64,000 bases of DNA. Source: an uncultured delta proteobacterium. Its GTDB lineage: Bacteria; Desulfobacterota; Desulfuromonadia; Desulfuromonadales; BM103. A program made the position numbers and the translations under genes. The stretch is taken from positions 6,992 through 70,991 of the forward strand of contig CAVRQQ010000003.1 of NCBI GenBank assembly GCA_963723355.1, read 5' to 3'. Shown one piece after another: positions 54,187-64,000 of this stretch. The notes below the pieces were generated by a model, which searched no databases, had not been told where the DNA came from, and was given only the letters and a program-made list of their open reading frames with translations. Every line of letters starts with the position of its first letter. Position 1 is the stretch's first letter.

Positions 54187-56669
54187 ATGGTTAACCTGAC
54201 AATCGACGGTACACAGGTCACAGTCAGCAAGACGGCCACAATCTACGAAGCGGCCAAGGAAATCGGGATCAAAATCCCGGTGCTCTGCTACGCCAAGAAG
54301 TTGATGCCCTACGGCGCCTGCCGGTTCTGTCTGGTGCAGGTCGAGCAGATGAAGGGCCGCCTCATCCCGGCCTGCACCACCCCGGTCAGCGAAGGGATGG
54401 TCGTGACGACCACCTCTGAAGAGATTGAGAAAGTTCGCAAGACGGTCATGGAATTCCTGCTGGTCAATCACGTGCTCGACTGCCCGGTCTGCGACAAGGG
54501 CGGCGAATGTGATCTGCAGGACCTGGCCTATGAGTTCGGTTCGACCAGCAATCGTTTCGAAGGTGAGAAATTTGATCTGCCGACCGACGAGGTCAACCCC
54601 CTGATCGAGCGCAACATGAACCGCTGCGTGCTTTGCGGCCGCTGCGTAAGGGTCTGCGACGAGGTGGTCGGTTACGGCTCCTACTCGTTCATCAACCGTG
54701 GTTTCGAGACCAAGATCGCGACGGCCTATGACCGTGGCTTAAGCTGTGAGTTCTGCGGCCAGTGCGTGTCGTTGTGCCCGGTAGGGGCGATCCTGCCGCG
54801 GCCGTTCAAGTTCAAGGCGCGGCCATGGCAGATCAAGGAAGTCGATTCCGTCTGCGGTTACTGCGGTAACGGTTGCACCGTGACCCTTGGCGTCAAGGAC
54901 AACAAGGTTGAAACCATCCGCTTCAACGATGAGATCGGTGTCAATGACGGCAACCTCTGCATTCGCGGGCGCTTCGGTTATTCCTATGTCAACCATGAGG
55001 ATCGCCTGACCAAGCCTCTGGTGCGTAAAGACGGCCAGCTGGTTGAAGTTGAGTGGGATGAAGCCCTGCAGGTTGCAGCAGATGGTCTTGCCAAGGCTCA
55101 GCAGGGACAAGGCGCAGGCATCCTTTCCGGCGCCCGTTTGACCAACGAAGAACTTTTCATGCTCAAGCAGCTTGCCAAAACCCTGGGCACCGAAAACCTC
55201 GATAACTCGGGTGGCGAGTGCTACAAGGGCGTCACTGAAGGACTCAAGGAGACCCTCGGTGTTGCTGCCTCCACGGGCACCTTCCCGCAGATCGAGCATG
55301 CTGACGTCATCCTGGCGATCCGCTCCGACTTCTATGAGACACATCCGGTCGTCGGTATGGTGGTCAACCAGGCGATTCGCCGCAACGAAGCACAACTCCT
55401 GGTTGTTGCTGATAAAAAAGGCAAGCTGGACAAGCTGCCACGGGCGAAAACCCTCCTGAGCCAGCCCGGCCTGGAGCTGGATGTTATCAACGCGATGTGC
55501 AAGGTCCTGCTTGATGAAGGCCTGGCCAAAACCGACGGTGTTGACGGTGTCGAGGAATTGCAGGCTGCGCTTGCCGACTTTGATCCTGCCGAGGTTGCCA
55601 AGCGGACCGGTGTTGATGCTGCAGGCCCTGCAGGCTGCCGCCAAACAGCTGGCCGGTGCGGGTAATGCCGCCATCCTGCTGGCGTACGGCATGCCCTACC
55701 AGGGACTGAACAAGGAACTGGCAACCGCAGCAGCCAACCTGGCGATGCTGACCGGGATTGCCGGCAGAGAAGGCAGCGGCCTGTATCTCTGCGGCGAAAA
55801 GGCCAACAGCCAGGGCGCTATCGACCTTGGGATCCTGCCGCAGGGGAACGGGTTGGGTGCCCAGGCGATGCTCGCAGCTGCCGCCGATGGCAAGCTGGAC
55901 GCCCTGTACGTGGTTGCTGAAGATCCGTTGAGCAGCTACCCGGACCGTGACAGTATCGCCAAGTCGCTTGAAAATGTCCCGTTCCTGGTTGTGCAGGACC
56001 TGTTCCTGTCACCGACCGCCGAACAGGCAGACGTGGTCCTTCCTGCAGCGTCTTTCGCCGAGAAGGATGGCACTTTCACGAATGCCGAGCGCCGTATCCA
56101 GAGAGTTCGCCACGGGATCAAGAGCCCCGGCGAAGCTCGCAGCGACGGTGCGATTTTGACGTCCCTGGCTGGCAAGCTGGGCAGCAGCCTGGCCTTTACC
56201 GGCCCGGCAGCTATCTTCGCCGAAATCGGCAAGGAAGTCCCGGCTTACGCGGAATTCAATTACAACGAAATCGGTCCCCAGGGAGTCGTCTGGGGCGGTG
56301 AAACCCTGCAGCCGGCCAGCCGTAAACTGGTTGCCGTCGCCGGCGGGGTTGCTGCCGATGGAGACTTCAAGCTGGTCACCGGCAGCGCGCTGTACCACAG
56401 CGGCACGGTCTCCACCAGGGCCAAGGGCCCGATGGCGGTTCTGTCCGAAGCCTATCGTAGAGCTATGCCGCGAAGATGCTGCAGAACTCAAGGTTGCGGA
56501 CGGTGACCTGGTCAAGGTGAGCGGTAACGGCACCGAGTTGAAGCTGAAAGTGAAGATTGGCAACCGTTTGCCCAAGGGTGTGGTTTTTGCCCCCTACCAC
56601 TTTGCCGAGGCGCAGGTGAATCGCCTCTACAAGGGCGAAGCGGTTATCCCGGTCAAATTGACCAAGTAA
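54187..56669 (+). pseudogene. nuoG: NADH-quinone oxidoreductase subunit G, interrupted by two frameshifts
   Basis: ORFs 54187..55665, 55481..56506 and 56298..56669 together form one NuoG. Extra bases lie near 55624 (GCT GCA-G-GCC CTG) and near 56456 (GCC TAT-C-GTA GAG). Confidence 0.9.
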
Positions 56670-56762
56670 TATTCGAACAACATCGCGAGAGATTAGGTTC
56701 TGCTCGTGGCATGAATAAATTTCGAAGAGCAAGATAAATCTGATAAGAGGAAGAGGAAGATC

Positions 56763-57830
56763 ATGACGCCTGAAATGTTGAGCCTCTCAAACAGTCCCGG
56801 GATTTTTATCGGGGTCATGTTGGTGAAAATCCTGGTGGTCTTTACGGTCGTGATGCTGTCAGTTGCCTACGCAACCTGGTGGGAGCGCAAGATCATCGGC
56901 CACATGCAGACTCGCCTTGGCCCGATGCGCACCGGCTGGCACGGTCTCTTGCAGCCGTTTGCCGATGGCATCAAGCTGTTTTTCAAGGAAGAGATTATTC
57001 CGACCCAAGCGACAATCGTGCCGTTCCTGTTGGCGCCAGCGATGATTCTGGTCCCGGCGCTGATTACGGTTGCAGTGATTCCGTTCGGCCCCGACCTGCA
57101 GATTGGTAACTTCCTGATTCCCCAGCAGATCACCGATCTCAATATCGGGGTCCTCTACATCCTGGCGTTCGCCGGCCTCGGCATCTACGGCATCGTACTG
57201 GCCGGATGGGCATCGAACAGCAAGTACTCCCTGCTTGGCGGTGTGCGCGCTTCGGCCCAGATGATCTCTTACGAACTGGCCGCCGGTCTGACGATCATCG
57301 CCGTGTTCATGCTCTCGGAAACCTTGAGCCTGCGCGAAATCGTTGCTCTGCAGCAGGAGCCTCTCTGGGGTGTCTGCTCCTTTGTCCCCAACTGGTACGT
57401 GTTCACCCAGCCGCTGGCTTTCGGGCTTTTCGTCATAACCGGACTGGCCGAGATCAACCGGACTCCCTTCGATATGCCTGAAGCGGAGAGCGAGCTGGTT
57501 TCCGGTTTCTGTACCGAATATTCCTCGATGAAGTATGCACTCTTCTTCATGGCGGAATACGCCAACATGATCGTCATCGCGGCGATTACCGCTACGCTGT
57601 TCCTCGGTGGCTGGAGCGCGCCGCTCAACTGGGGACTCTTCAACATGATCCCCGGTTTCGTCTGGCTGCTGGCGAAGATTTATTTCCTGATGTTCTGTTT
57701 CATGTGGCTGCGTGCGACCTTCCCCCGCGTCCGCTATGACCAGCTGATGCGCATGGGATGGAAAGTTCTCATGCCCCTGGCCCTGGCCAACGTCGTGATT
57801 ACCGGCCTCGTGGTCGTGGTCCTGCAATAA
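56763..57830 (+). CDS. nuoH: NADH-quinone oxidoreductase subunit H
   Basis: 355-aa NuoH/ND1 family protein. Confidence 0.95.
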   Translation: MTPEMLSLSNSPGIFIGVMLVKILVVFTVVMLSVAYATWWERKIIGHMQTRLGPMRTGWHGLLQPFADGIKLFFKEEIIPTQATIVPFLLAPAMILVPALITVAVIPFGPDLQIGNFLIPQQITDLNIGVLYILAFAGLGIYGIVLAGWASNSKYSLLGGVRASAQMISYELAAGLTIIAVFMLSETLSLREIVALQQEPLWGVCSFVPNWYVFTQPLAFGLFVITGLAEINRTPFDMPEAESELVSGFCTEYSSMKYALFFMAEYANMIVIAAITATLFLGGWSAPLNWGLFNMIPGFVWLLAKIYFLMFCFMWLRATFPRVRYDQLMRMGWKVLMPLALANVVITGLVVVVLQ

Positions 57831-57864
57831 CCCGTTACCTTTGAGTCTTTAAGAGGTCTAGATC

Positions 57865-58260
57865 ATGTTCAAAGAATTTGCCAAAGGGCTGAGCATCACC
57901 TTCAAACACCTGCTGCCGGGTCATTCGACGACCGTGCAGTACCCGAAAGTCAAGCTCACGCCGTCCGATCGTTTCCGTGGACTGCATCGCCTGGTCCCTG
58001 CCCAGGACCGAGAAAAGTGCGTTGCCTGCTATCTCTGCCCGACTGTCTGTCCTGCCAAGTGCATCACAGTTGAGTCGGCCGAGAACGAAAAGGGTGAGAA
58101 GTACCCGAAAGTTTACACGATAGATCTGCTGCGCTGTATCTTCTGCGGTTATTGCGTGGAAGCCTGCCCGGTTGAGGCCATTGAAATGACAGGGGCCTAC
58201 GAACTGGCCAATTACGAGCGTGAAGATTTTGAATTCACCAAGCAGCGGCTGCTGAAGTAA
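57865..58260 (+). CDS. nuoI: NADH-quinone oxidoreductase subunit I
   Basis: Two 4Fe-4S motifs (CVACYLCPTVCP, CIFCGYCVEACP). Confidence 0.95.
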   Translation: MFKEFAKGLSITFKHLLPGHSTTVQYPKVKLTPSDRFRGLHRLVPAQDREKCVACYLCPTVCPAKCITVESAENEKGEKYPKVYTIDLLRCIFCGYCVEACPVEAIEMTGAYELANYEREDFEFTKQRLLK

Positions 58261-58281
58261 GCCAAGAGGAGCGTAGAACTC

Positions 58282-58785
58282 ATGGAGATTTTGTTATTTT
58301 ATTCGGTCGCACTGGTTGCCGTACTCTCGGGTTTCCTGGTGATTCGCTGCCAAAGCCCGGTCAACAGTGCTCTGGGCCTGGTCAACACCTTCTTCTGCCT
58401 GGCAATATTCTATGTCATGCTGCACGCTCCTTTCATGGCAGCGATCCAGATCATGGTTTATGCCGGCGCGATTATGGTGCTGATCCTGTTCGTCATCATG
58501 CTGCTCAATCTTGGTACGGAAGCGCGCAAGCGTTACACCCACGGGATTGTATGGTCAGCCCTTGCCAGCCTGTTGGTGCTCTTCAACGTGATGTACTTCA
58601 TCAAGCGTGGCCGGGTGACCGGTGCCGAGGGAGATCTCACGGCTTTCCAGATTGAAAGCGTTGGCCATGTAGAGCTGATTGGCAAGTCGATGTTCACCGA
58701 GTTCCTCCTGCCCTTTGAAATTGCATCCATCCTCCTGCTGGTGGCAATTGTCGGGGCGGTCGTACTCGCCAAAAAAGAAGTTTAA
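58282..58785 (+). CDS. nuoJ: NADH-quinone oxidoreductase subunit J
   Basis: 167-aa ND6-like protein, in the expected operon position. Confidence 0.9.
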   Translation: MEILLFYSVALVAVLSGFLVIRCQSPVNSALGLVNTFFCLAIFYVMLHAPFMAAIQIMVYAGAIMVLILFVIMLLNLGTEARKRYTHGIVWSALASLLVLFNVMYFIKRGRVTGAEGDLTAFQIESVGHVELIGKSMFTEFLLPFEIASILLLVAIVGAVVLAKKEV

Positions 58786-58812
58786 GCGTAGAGGACTACG
58801 GGAGACATAATA

Positions 58813-59115
58813 ATGATTAGCGTTTACCACTACATGAGCGTTGCCGCGATTCTCTTTGCCATGGGCACTTATGGTGTTTTGACCCGACGGAATGCAATTG
58901 TCATCTTCATGTGCATCGAACTGATGCTTAACTCGGTCAACCTGACTTTTATTTCACTGTCGAGTCACTTACAAAATATTGACGGCCAGATCTTCGTCTT
59001 CTTTGTAATGGCGGTCGCCGCTGCCGAGGCAGCCGTTGGTCTGGCACTGATGATTGCCTTTTACAGGAATCGTGAGTCGATCGACGTCGAAAATATCAAT
59101 ATGCTGAAATGGTGA
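58813..59115 (+). CDS. nuoK: NADH-quinone oxidoreductase subunit K
   Basis: 100-aa ND4L-like protein. Confidence 0.93.
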   Translation: MISVYHYMSVAAILFAMGTYGVLTRRNAIVIFMCIELMLNSVNLTFISLSSHLQNIDGQIFVFFVMAVAAAEAAVGLALMIAFYRNRESIDVENINMLKW

Positions 59116-59168
59116 GCGCTCTACGCCCACTTTTCCTAAGAAGCTTACTTCGTTCGGAGGAGAGATAG

Positions 59169-61160
59169 ATGTACGATAAACTGTGGCTTATACCCTTCTT
59201 CCCGTTGGTTGGTTCAATTATTAACGGGTTGCTTGGCAAGCGGTTCATCAAGAACGAAAAGATCATTGGTGCCATCGGCACCGGCGCTATTTTCCTTTCG
59301 TTCCTGGTCTCCTGCAAGTTCTTTTACCAACTGGTCAACGACTCGGTAAAGATTCACGAGACAGTCGTGGCGTCGTGGATGTCGGTTGGCAACCTGCAGG
59401 TCGACTGGGGGTTCCTGCTTGACCCGCTCTCAGCAGTCATGCTCATGGTGGTCTGCGGGGTTGGCTCCCTGATCCATCTCTACTCCATCGGCTATATGCA
59501 TGGTGAGGAGGGCTTCTATCGCTTCTTCTGTTACATGAACCTGTTCGCCTTCTCCATGCTCATGTTGGTGCTGGGCAACAACGCCCTGGTCATGTTCGTC
59601 GGCTGGGAAGGTGTTGGCCTCTGCTCCTACCTGCTGATCGGCTACTACTTCGAAAAGCAGAGTGCCGGCGACGCCGCCAAAAAGGCGTTCGTCATGAACC
59701 GGGTCGGCGACTTCGGTTTCCTACTCGGCCTGTTTACCATCTTCTGGACACTTGGCAGCAAGCACGGTGTCTGGACGATCAATTTTGTTGAAATCAGTGA
59801 GAAGGCCCACCTGCTCTCCGGCGACATGATCCTCGGTGCCGGCGTAACGACGGTTGCGACCCTCTGCTTCTTCCTCGGCGCGACCGGCAAGTCGGCCCAA
59901 CTGCCGCTCTTTACCTGGCTGCCTGACGCCATGGAAGGCCCGACCCCGGTCTCGGCCCTGATCCATGCGGCGACCATGGTCACCGCCGGCGTCTACATGA
60001 TCGGCCGCATGAATGTGCTCTTCGCGATGAGCCCGACGACCATGATGGTGGTTGCCGTGGTCGGTGCCCTGACGGCGATCTTTGCCGCCACGATCGGCTT
60101 TGCCCAGAACGACATCAAGCGTGTCCTGGCCTACTCAACCGTCTCCCAGCTTGGCTTCATGTTTGTCGCCATGGGCGTTGGCGCTTTTACCGCCGGCATC
60201 TTCCACCTGATGACCCACGCCTTCTTCAAGGCCTGTCTGTTCCTCGGTTCCGGTTCGGTAATCCATGCCATGCACCATGCTCTGCATCATGCCCATCTGA
60301 ATGATGACGCGCAGGATATGCGCAACATGGGTGGTCTGCGCAAGAAGATGCCGATTACCTGGGCAACCTTCGGCATCTCCTGTCTGGCGATCTCCGGTCT
60401 GCCATTCTTCTCCGGTTTCTTCTCCAAGGACGAGATCCTCTGGTGGACGTTTGCCTCGACCCGCGGCAGCAAAGTGGTCTGGGTCATCGTGGTGGTCGCA
60501 GCCTTCATGACGGCATTCTACATGTTCCGCTGCCTCTACATGACCTTCTATGGTGAACAGAAAACCAACCCGAAAGCTAAGGACCACGTGCACGAGTCGC
60601 CCTGGGTGATCACCCTGCCCCTGGTTGTCCTGGCGGGTCTCGCAACGGTTGGCGGTTTCGTCGGCATCCCGCATGCGATCGACGTTGCCCATATCGGCAA
60701 TAAGCTGGACCAGTTCCTGGCCCCGGTCTTCCACCATTCCCAACAGCTGCACAACATCGAAGCGCACGGTACGGCCAGCACCGAAATCATCTTGATGATC
60801 TTCTCGGTTGTCGTGGCGCTGGTCGGGATCGGGGTCGCGACGATGATGTACCTGAAGAATCCGGATATGCCGGCGAAGTTTACGGCAAAATTCAGTAAGC
60901 TGCATCGCTGGGTTTTCAACAAGTGGTATGTCGATGAGGCCTATGATGTCCTGTTCGTCAACACCACCAAGAAGCTCGGCATCTTCTGCTGGAGAGGCTT
61001 CGACGTCAATGTGATCGACGGCATTGTTAACGGCCTCGCCAAGCTGATCGGCGCAATTTCCACGGCACTGCGCCACACCCAAACCGGACAATTCCATAAT
61101 TACGCCCTGACAATGGTTTTCGGCACGGTGGTCATGTTGGCCATTTTCATCCTCAACTAA
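59169..61160 (+). CDS. nuoL: NADH-quinone oxidoreductase subunit L
   Basis: 663 aa: antiporter-like fold plus a C-terminal lateral helix. Confidence 0.95.
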   Translation: MYDKLWLIPFFPLVGSIINGLLGKRFIKNEKIIGAIGTGAIFLSFLVSCKFFYQLVNDSVKIHETVVASWMSVGNLQVDWGFLLDPLSAVMLMVVCGVGSLIHLYSIGYMHGEEGFYRFFCYMNLFAFSMLMLVLGNNALVMFVGWEGVGLCSYLLIGYYFEKQSAGDAAKKAFVMNRVGDFGFLLGLFTIFWTLGSKHGVWTINFVEISEKAHLLSGDMILGAGVTTVATLCFFLGATGKSAQLPLFTWLPDAMEGPTPVSALIHAATMVTAGVYMIGRMNVLFAMSPTTMMVVAVVGALTAIFAATIGFAQNDIKRVLAYSTVSQLGFMFVAMGVGAFTAGIFHLMTHAFFKACLFLGSGSVIHAMHHALHHAHLNDDAQDMRNMGGLRKKMPITWATFGISCLAISGLPFFSGFFSKDEILWWTFASTRGSKVVWVIVVVAAFMTAFYMFRCLYMTFYGEQKTNPKAKDHVHESPWVITLPLVVLAGLATVGGFVGIPHAIDVAHIGNKLDQFLAPVFHHSQQLHNIEAHGTASTEIILMIFSVVVALVGIGVATMMYLKNPDMPAKFTAKFSKLHRWVFNKWYVDEAYDVLFVNTTKKLGIFCWRGFDVNVIDGIVNGLAKLIGAISTALRHTQTGQFHNYALTMVFGTVVMLAIFILN

Positions 61161-61197
61161 GTAGACGTTCAAGCGTTGATATAAGGAGCAAGGATCC

Positions 61198-62766
61198 ATG
61201 ACAGACCATCTTCTTAGCCTGATGACCTTTTTTCCGCTGGTAGGAATGCTGGTAGTTCTTTTCCTGCCTCGGGAGGCCGACCGCCTGATCAAGTCAGTTA
61301 CGTTGATCTTTACGATCATCATTTTCCTGATCAGCCTGCCGCTCGGCTTTGACGACGCCTTCATCGGTTCGTCGGCCATGCATTACACTGAATTTGCCAA
61401 CTGGATCAGCATCGGCAAGTACTTCCAGATGAATTACCATGTCGGAATTGACGGTATCAGCCTCTGGCTGGTCCTTCTGACGACCTTCATCATGCCGATC
61501 ACCGTGCTGTCCACCTGGCACGCAGTGGAGCGCAACACAAAAGGCTTCATGGCACTGCTGCTGCTGCTGGAAACCGGTATGCTTGGGGCCTTCATCTCTC
61601 TGGACCTGTTCCTGTTCTACGTTTTCTGGGAATTGATGCTGGTGCCGATGTACTTCCTGATCGGTATCTGGGGCGGTAAGAACCGGGTTTATGCCGCGAT
61701 CAAGTTTTTCCTGTTCACTGCGGTCGGTTCGCTACTGATGCTGGTCGCGATCATCTACGTTTACTATTTCTCGATCAAAGCCGGCGTACCGTTCGAAAAC
61801 GGCTTCAGCGTGGCCCATTTCTCCCAGCTGGATATCCCGGCGCACCTGCAGACCTGGCTGTTCGCAGCGTTTGCCTTCAGCTTTGCCATCAAGGTGCCGA
61901 TGTTCCCGGTCCATACCTGGTTGCCCGATGCACATACCGAGGCACCGACGGCCGGCTCGGTTATCCTTGCTGCCATCCTGCTGAAAATGGGTACCTACGG
62001 CTTTATCCGTTTTGCCATCCCGCTGTTCCCGGTCGCGACAATGAAATTCACCCCGTTCCTGGCACTGTTGGCAGTGATCGGCATTATTTACGGGGCGCTG
62101 GTCGCCATGATGCAGGACGACGTCAAGAAGCTGGTCGCCTACTCATCGGTCTCCCACCTTGGCTTCGTCATGCTGGGAATCTTCGCCATGAACCTGCAGG
62201 GGATGTCCGGTGGCATGCTGCAAATGATCAACCACGGCATCTCGACCGGCGCGCTCTTCCTTATCGTCGGTTTCATCTACGAGCGTCGCCATACCCGTCT
62301 GATTGCGGACTTCGGCGGCCTGAGCAAAGTCATGCCGGTCTTCGCAACGATCTTCATGATCGTGACCTTCTCTTCAATCGGGCTGCCCGGGACAAACGGT
62401 TTTGTTGGTGAATTCCTGATCCTGGTCGGTGCCTTTGAAAGTGAACTGCGGGTCTTTACCGTGTTCGCGACAACCGGTGTCATCCTGGCAGCGGTCTACA
62501 TGCTCTGGATGTTCCAGCGCGTCATGATGGGCAAGGTTACCAATCCGAAAAACGAAAAGCTGAAAGACCTGTCAGCGCGAGAATTGGCCGTTATGCTGCC
62601 GCTGGTATTGTTCATCTTCTGGATCGGTTTTTACCCGAACACATTCCTTGAGAAGATGAACCCGTCTATTGACAACCTGATCAACCAGGTCAAAGAGAAG
62701 CAGCATGTTGCCATGATGGTTGAGAACCTGGATCAATCGGTCACAAAAGTTACCGTTAACGAATAA
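61198..62766 (+). CDS. nuoM: NADH-quinone oxidoreductase subunit M
   Basis: 522-aa ND4-like protein. Confidence 0.95.
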   Translation: MTDHLLSLMTFFPLVGMLVVLFLPREADRLIKSVTLIFTIIIFLISLPLGFDDAFIGSSAMHYTEFANWISIGKYFQMNYHVGIDGISLWLVLLTTFIMPITVLSTWHAVERNTKGFMALLLLLETGMLGAFISLDLFLFYVFWELMLVPMYFLIGIWGGKNRVYAAIKFFLFTAVGSLLMLVAIIYVYYFSIKAGVPFENGFSVAHFSQLDIPAHLQTWLFAAFAFSFAIKVPMFPVHTWLPDAHTEAPTAGSVILAAILLKMGTYGFIRFAIPLFPVATMKFTPFLALLAVIGIIYGALVAMMQDDVKKLVAYSSVSHLGFVMLGIFAMNLQGMSGGMLQMINHGISTGALFLIVGFIYERRHTRLIADFGGLSKVMPVFATIFMIVTFSSIGLPGTNGFVGEFLILVGAFESELRVFTVFATTGVILAAVYMLWMFQRVMMGKVTNPKNEKLKDLSARELAVMLPLVLFIFWIGFYPNTFLEKMNPSIDNLINQVKEKQHVAMMVENLDQSVTKVTVNE

Positions 62767-62798
62767 AATAGATTTCATAGCGTCTGAGGAGCCATTCA

Positions 62799-64000
62799 AT
62801 GGATAACAACCTGGTGCAAATTGCCCTGCAGAACGTCAATATGGCGGCCATATTGCCGTCTCTCATACTGACCTGCTTCGGCATGGGACTGCTGCTGATC
62901 AACGTATTCCTGCCTCGTGGCACCACGCGGCATGCGGTCTGGATCAGCCTGATCGGCCTGGTGGTCACGGGATTCTTTGTCATAACCGGTTGGGGGAATC
63001 CTCAATATGGGTTCAATGATGCTGTCGCGATGGACAATTACGCCGCGTTTTTCAGTATCACCTTCCTGTTCGCTGCGGGACTGACGATCCTGATGTCGGA
63101 TGACTACCTGACCCGTGAAGGGTACCCTGTCAGCGAATACTACCCGATGATCCTGTTCGCTACAGCGGGTGCCATGTGGATGGCCTCCGGCACTGACATG
63201 ATGACGATCTTCCTCGGTCTGGAAGTCATGTCAATCTGCCTGTATGTCCTGGCAGGCTTCTTCCGTGGCCAGGTTAAGTCCAACGAGGCCGGTCTGAAAT
63301 ATTTCCTGCTCGGTGCGTTCTCCACCGGTTTCCTGCTCTACGGCATGGCTCTGATCTACGGCGTCACCGGGTCCACCAAGCTGACCGAGATCGGCATCTA
63401 CCTCAACGCCCACGGTTCTCTGCTGGACAACCCGATGACTTTGGCAGGGATTGTGCTGCTTTCGATCGGTTTCCTCTTCAAGATTGCTGCTGCACCGTTC
63501 CATATGTGGACACCGGATGTTTACGAAGGCGCGCCGACTCCGATCACCGCGTTCATGAGTGCCGGTCCCAAGGCCGCTGCCTTTGCCGCTTTCCTGCGCA
63601 TCATGGAATACTGCTTCTTCAGCATGAAGCCGGAATGGACGGCGATGTTGTGGGTCCTCGCGGTACTGACCATGATCGTTGGTAACGTGATCGCAATCAG
63701 CCAGACCAACATCAAGCGCATGCTGGCCTACTCATCGATAGCACACGCCGGTTACGCCCTGGTCGGCATGGTTGCCGCGAACGAGATCGGCTACTCGGGC
63801 ATTCTTTTCTACATGCTCGCCTACACCTTCATGAACATCGGTGCTTTTGCGATCCTGGTTCTGGCCGGTAAAAAAGGCGAAGACAACCTGACCCTGGAAG
63901 GCTTCTCCGGTTTCGGCTACAAGCGGCCTTTCCTCGGCGTTGCCATGACGATCTTCCTCTTTTCGCTGATGGGGTTGCCGCCGACAGCCGGTTTTGCCGG
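62799..64000 (+). CDS. nuoN: NADH-quinone oxidoreductase subunit N (3' end beyond the window)
   Basis: ATG after a GAGGAG RBS. I hand-translated the frame from the start through about 63780 without a stop and did not check the final ~220 nt. ND2-like motifs are present (KIAAAPFHMWTPDVYEGAPTP). It is absent from the ORF track, presumably because it has no stop in the window. Confidence 0.88.
   Translation, partial: MDNNLVQIALQNVNMAAILPSLILTCFGMGLLLINVFLPRGTTRHAVWISLIGLVVTGFFVITGWGNPQYGFNDAVAMDNYAAFFSITFLFAAGLTILMSDDYLTREGYPVSEYYPMILFATAGAMWMASGTDMMTIFLGLEVMSICLYVLAGFFRGQVKSNEAGLKYFLLGAFSTGFLLYGMALIYGVTGSTKLTEIGIYLNAHGSLLDNPMTLAGIVLLSIGFLFKIAAAPFHMWTPDVYEGAPTPITAFMSAGPKAAAFAAFLRIMEYCFFSMKPEWTAMLWVLAVLTMIVGNVIAISQTNIKRMLAYSSIAHAGYALVGMVAANEIGYSGILFYMLAYTFMNIGAFAILVLAGKKGEDNLTLEGFSGFGYKRPFLGVAMTIFLFSLMGLPPTAGFA

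Noticed and set aside
63410-63430. Suspected ninth frameshift, in nuoN.
   Set aside because: It arose from my own mis-transcription of one line. Re-reading codon by codon from 62799 gives an uninterrupted NuoN frame as far as I translated (about 63780).

Overview
This is a 64-kb GC-rich chromosomal window, almost entirely core housekeeping and energy-conservation genes. Gene content and order suggest a Desulfuromonadales/Geobacter-like bacterium; this taxon call is an inference.

Genes in order:
- tRNA-Asn, a small Cys-rich lipoprotein, mglA and mglB.
- nifJ (PFOR), then recR, ybaB and dnaX, followed by SRP RNA and tRNA-Ser.
- An LpoA-like protein, then dnaJ, dnaK, grpE and hrcA with a CIRCE operator, then hemW.
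- A 12-gene Mrp/Mbh-like antiporter cluster.
- A C-N hydrolase, a DUF4124 protein, a CDF transporter, trxB and comM/yifB.
- Two transporters carrying regulatory domains, then a DUF4019 protein.
- purA, hisZ, serA, pepA and hemL.
- rnfABCDGE, followed directly by nuoA to nuoN (nuoN runs off the window).

I found no defence island, CRISPR array, prophage or clearly mobile gene.

The most unusual signal is a ~530-bp highly structured non-coding element. It occurs in two diverged, mutually inverted copies (35176-35702 and 41712-42249) that bracket purA-hisZ-serA-pepA. The copies carry compensatory stem changes, and I cannot assign the element to any family I know.

Second, five core genes (nifJ, dnaX, hemW, trxB, nuoG) carry eight reading-frame breaks. 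Every break is consistent with a single-base insertion. This points to assembly or sequencing error, or deliberate or unusual pseudogenisation, rather than biology.

Smaller oddities:
- An AT-rich spacer with tandem palindromes inside the dnaX-ybaB-recR operon.
- Two tiny membrane ORFs inside the Mrp cluster.
- A heptamer microsatellite.
- A perfect 16-bp palindrome at the nuo promoter.
- A NuoF with extra domains of the type seen in bifurcating enzymes.

All calls come from reading the sequence and ORF track. No database searches were run.
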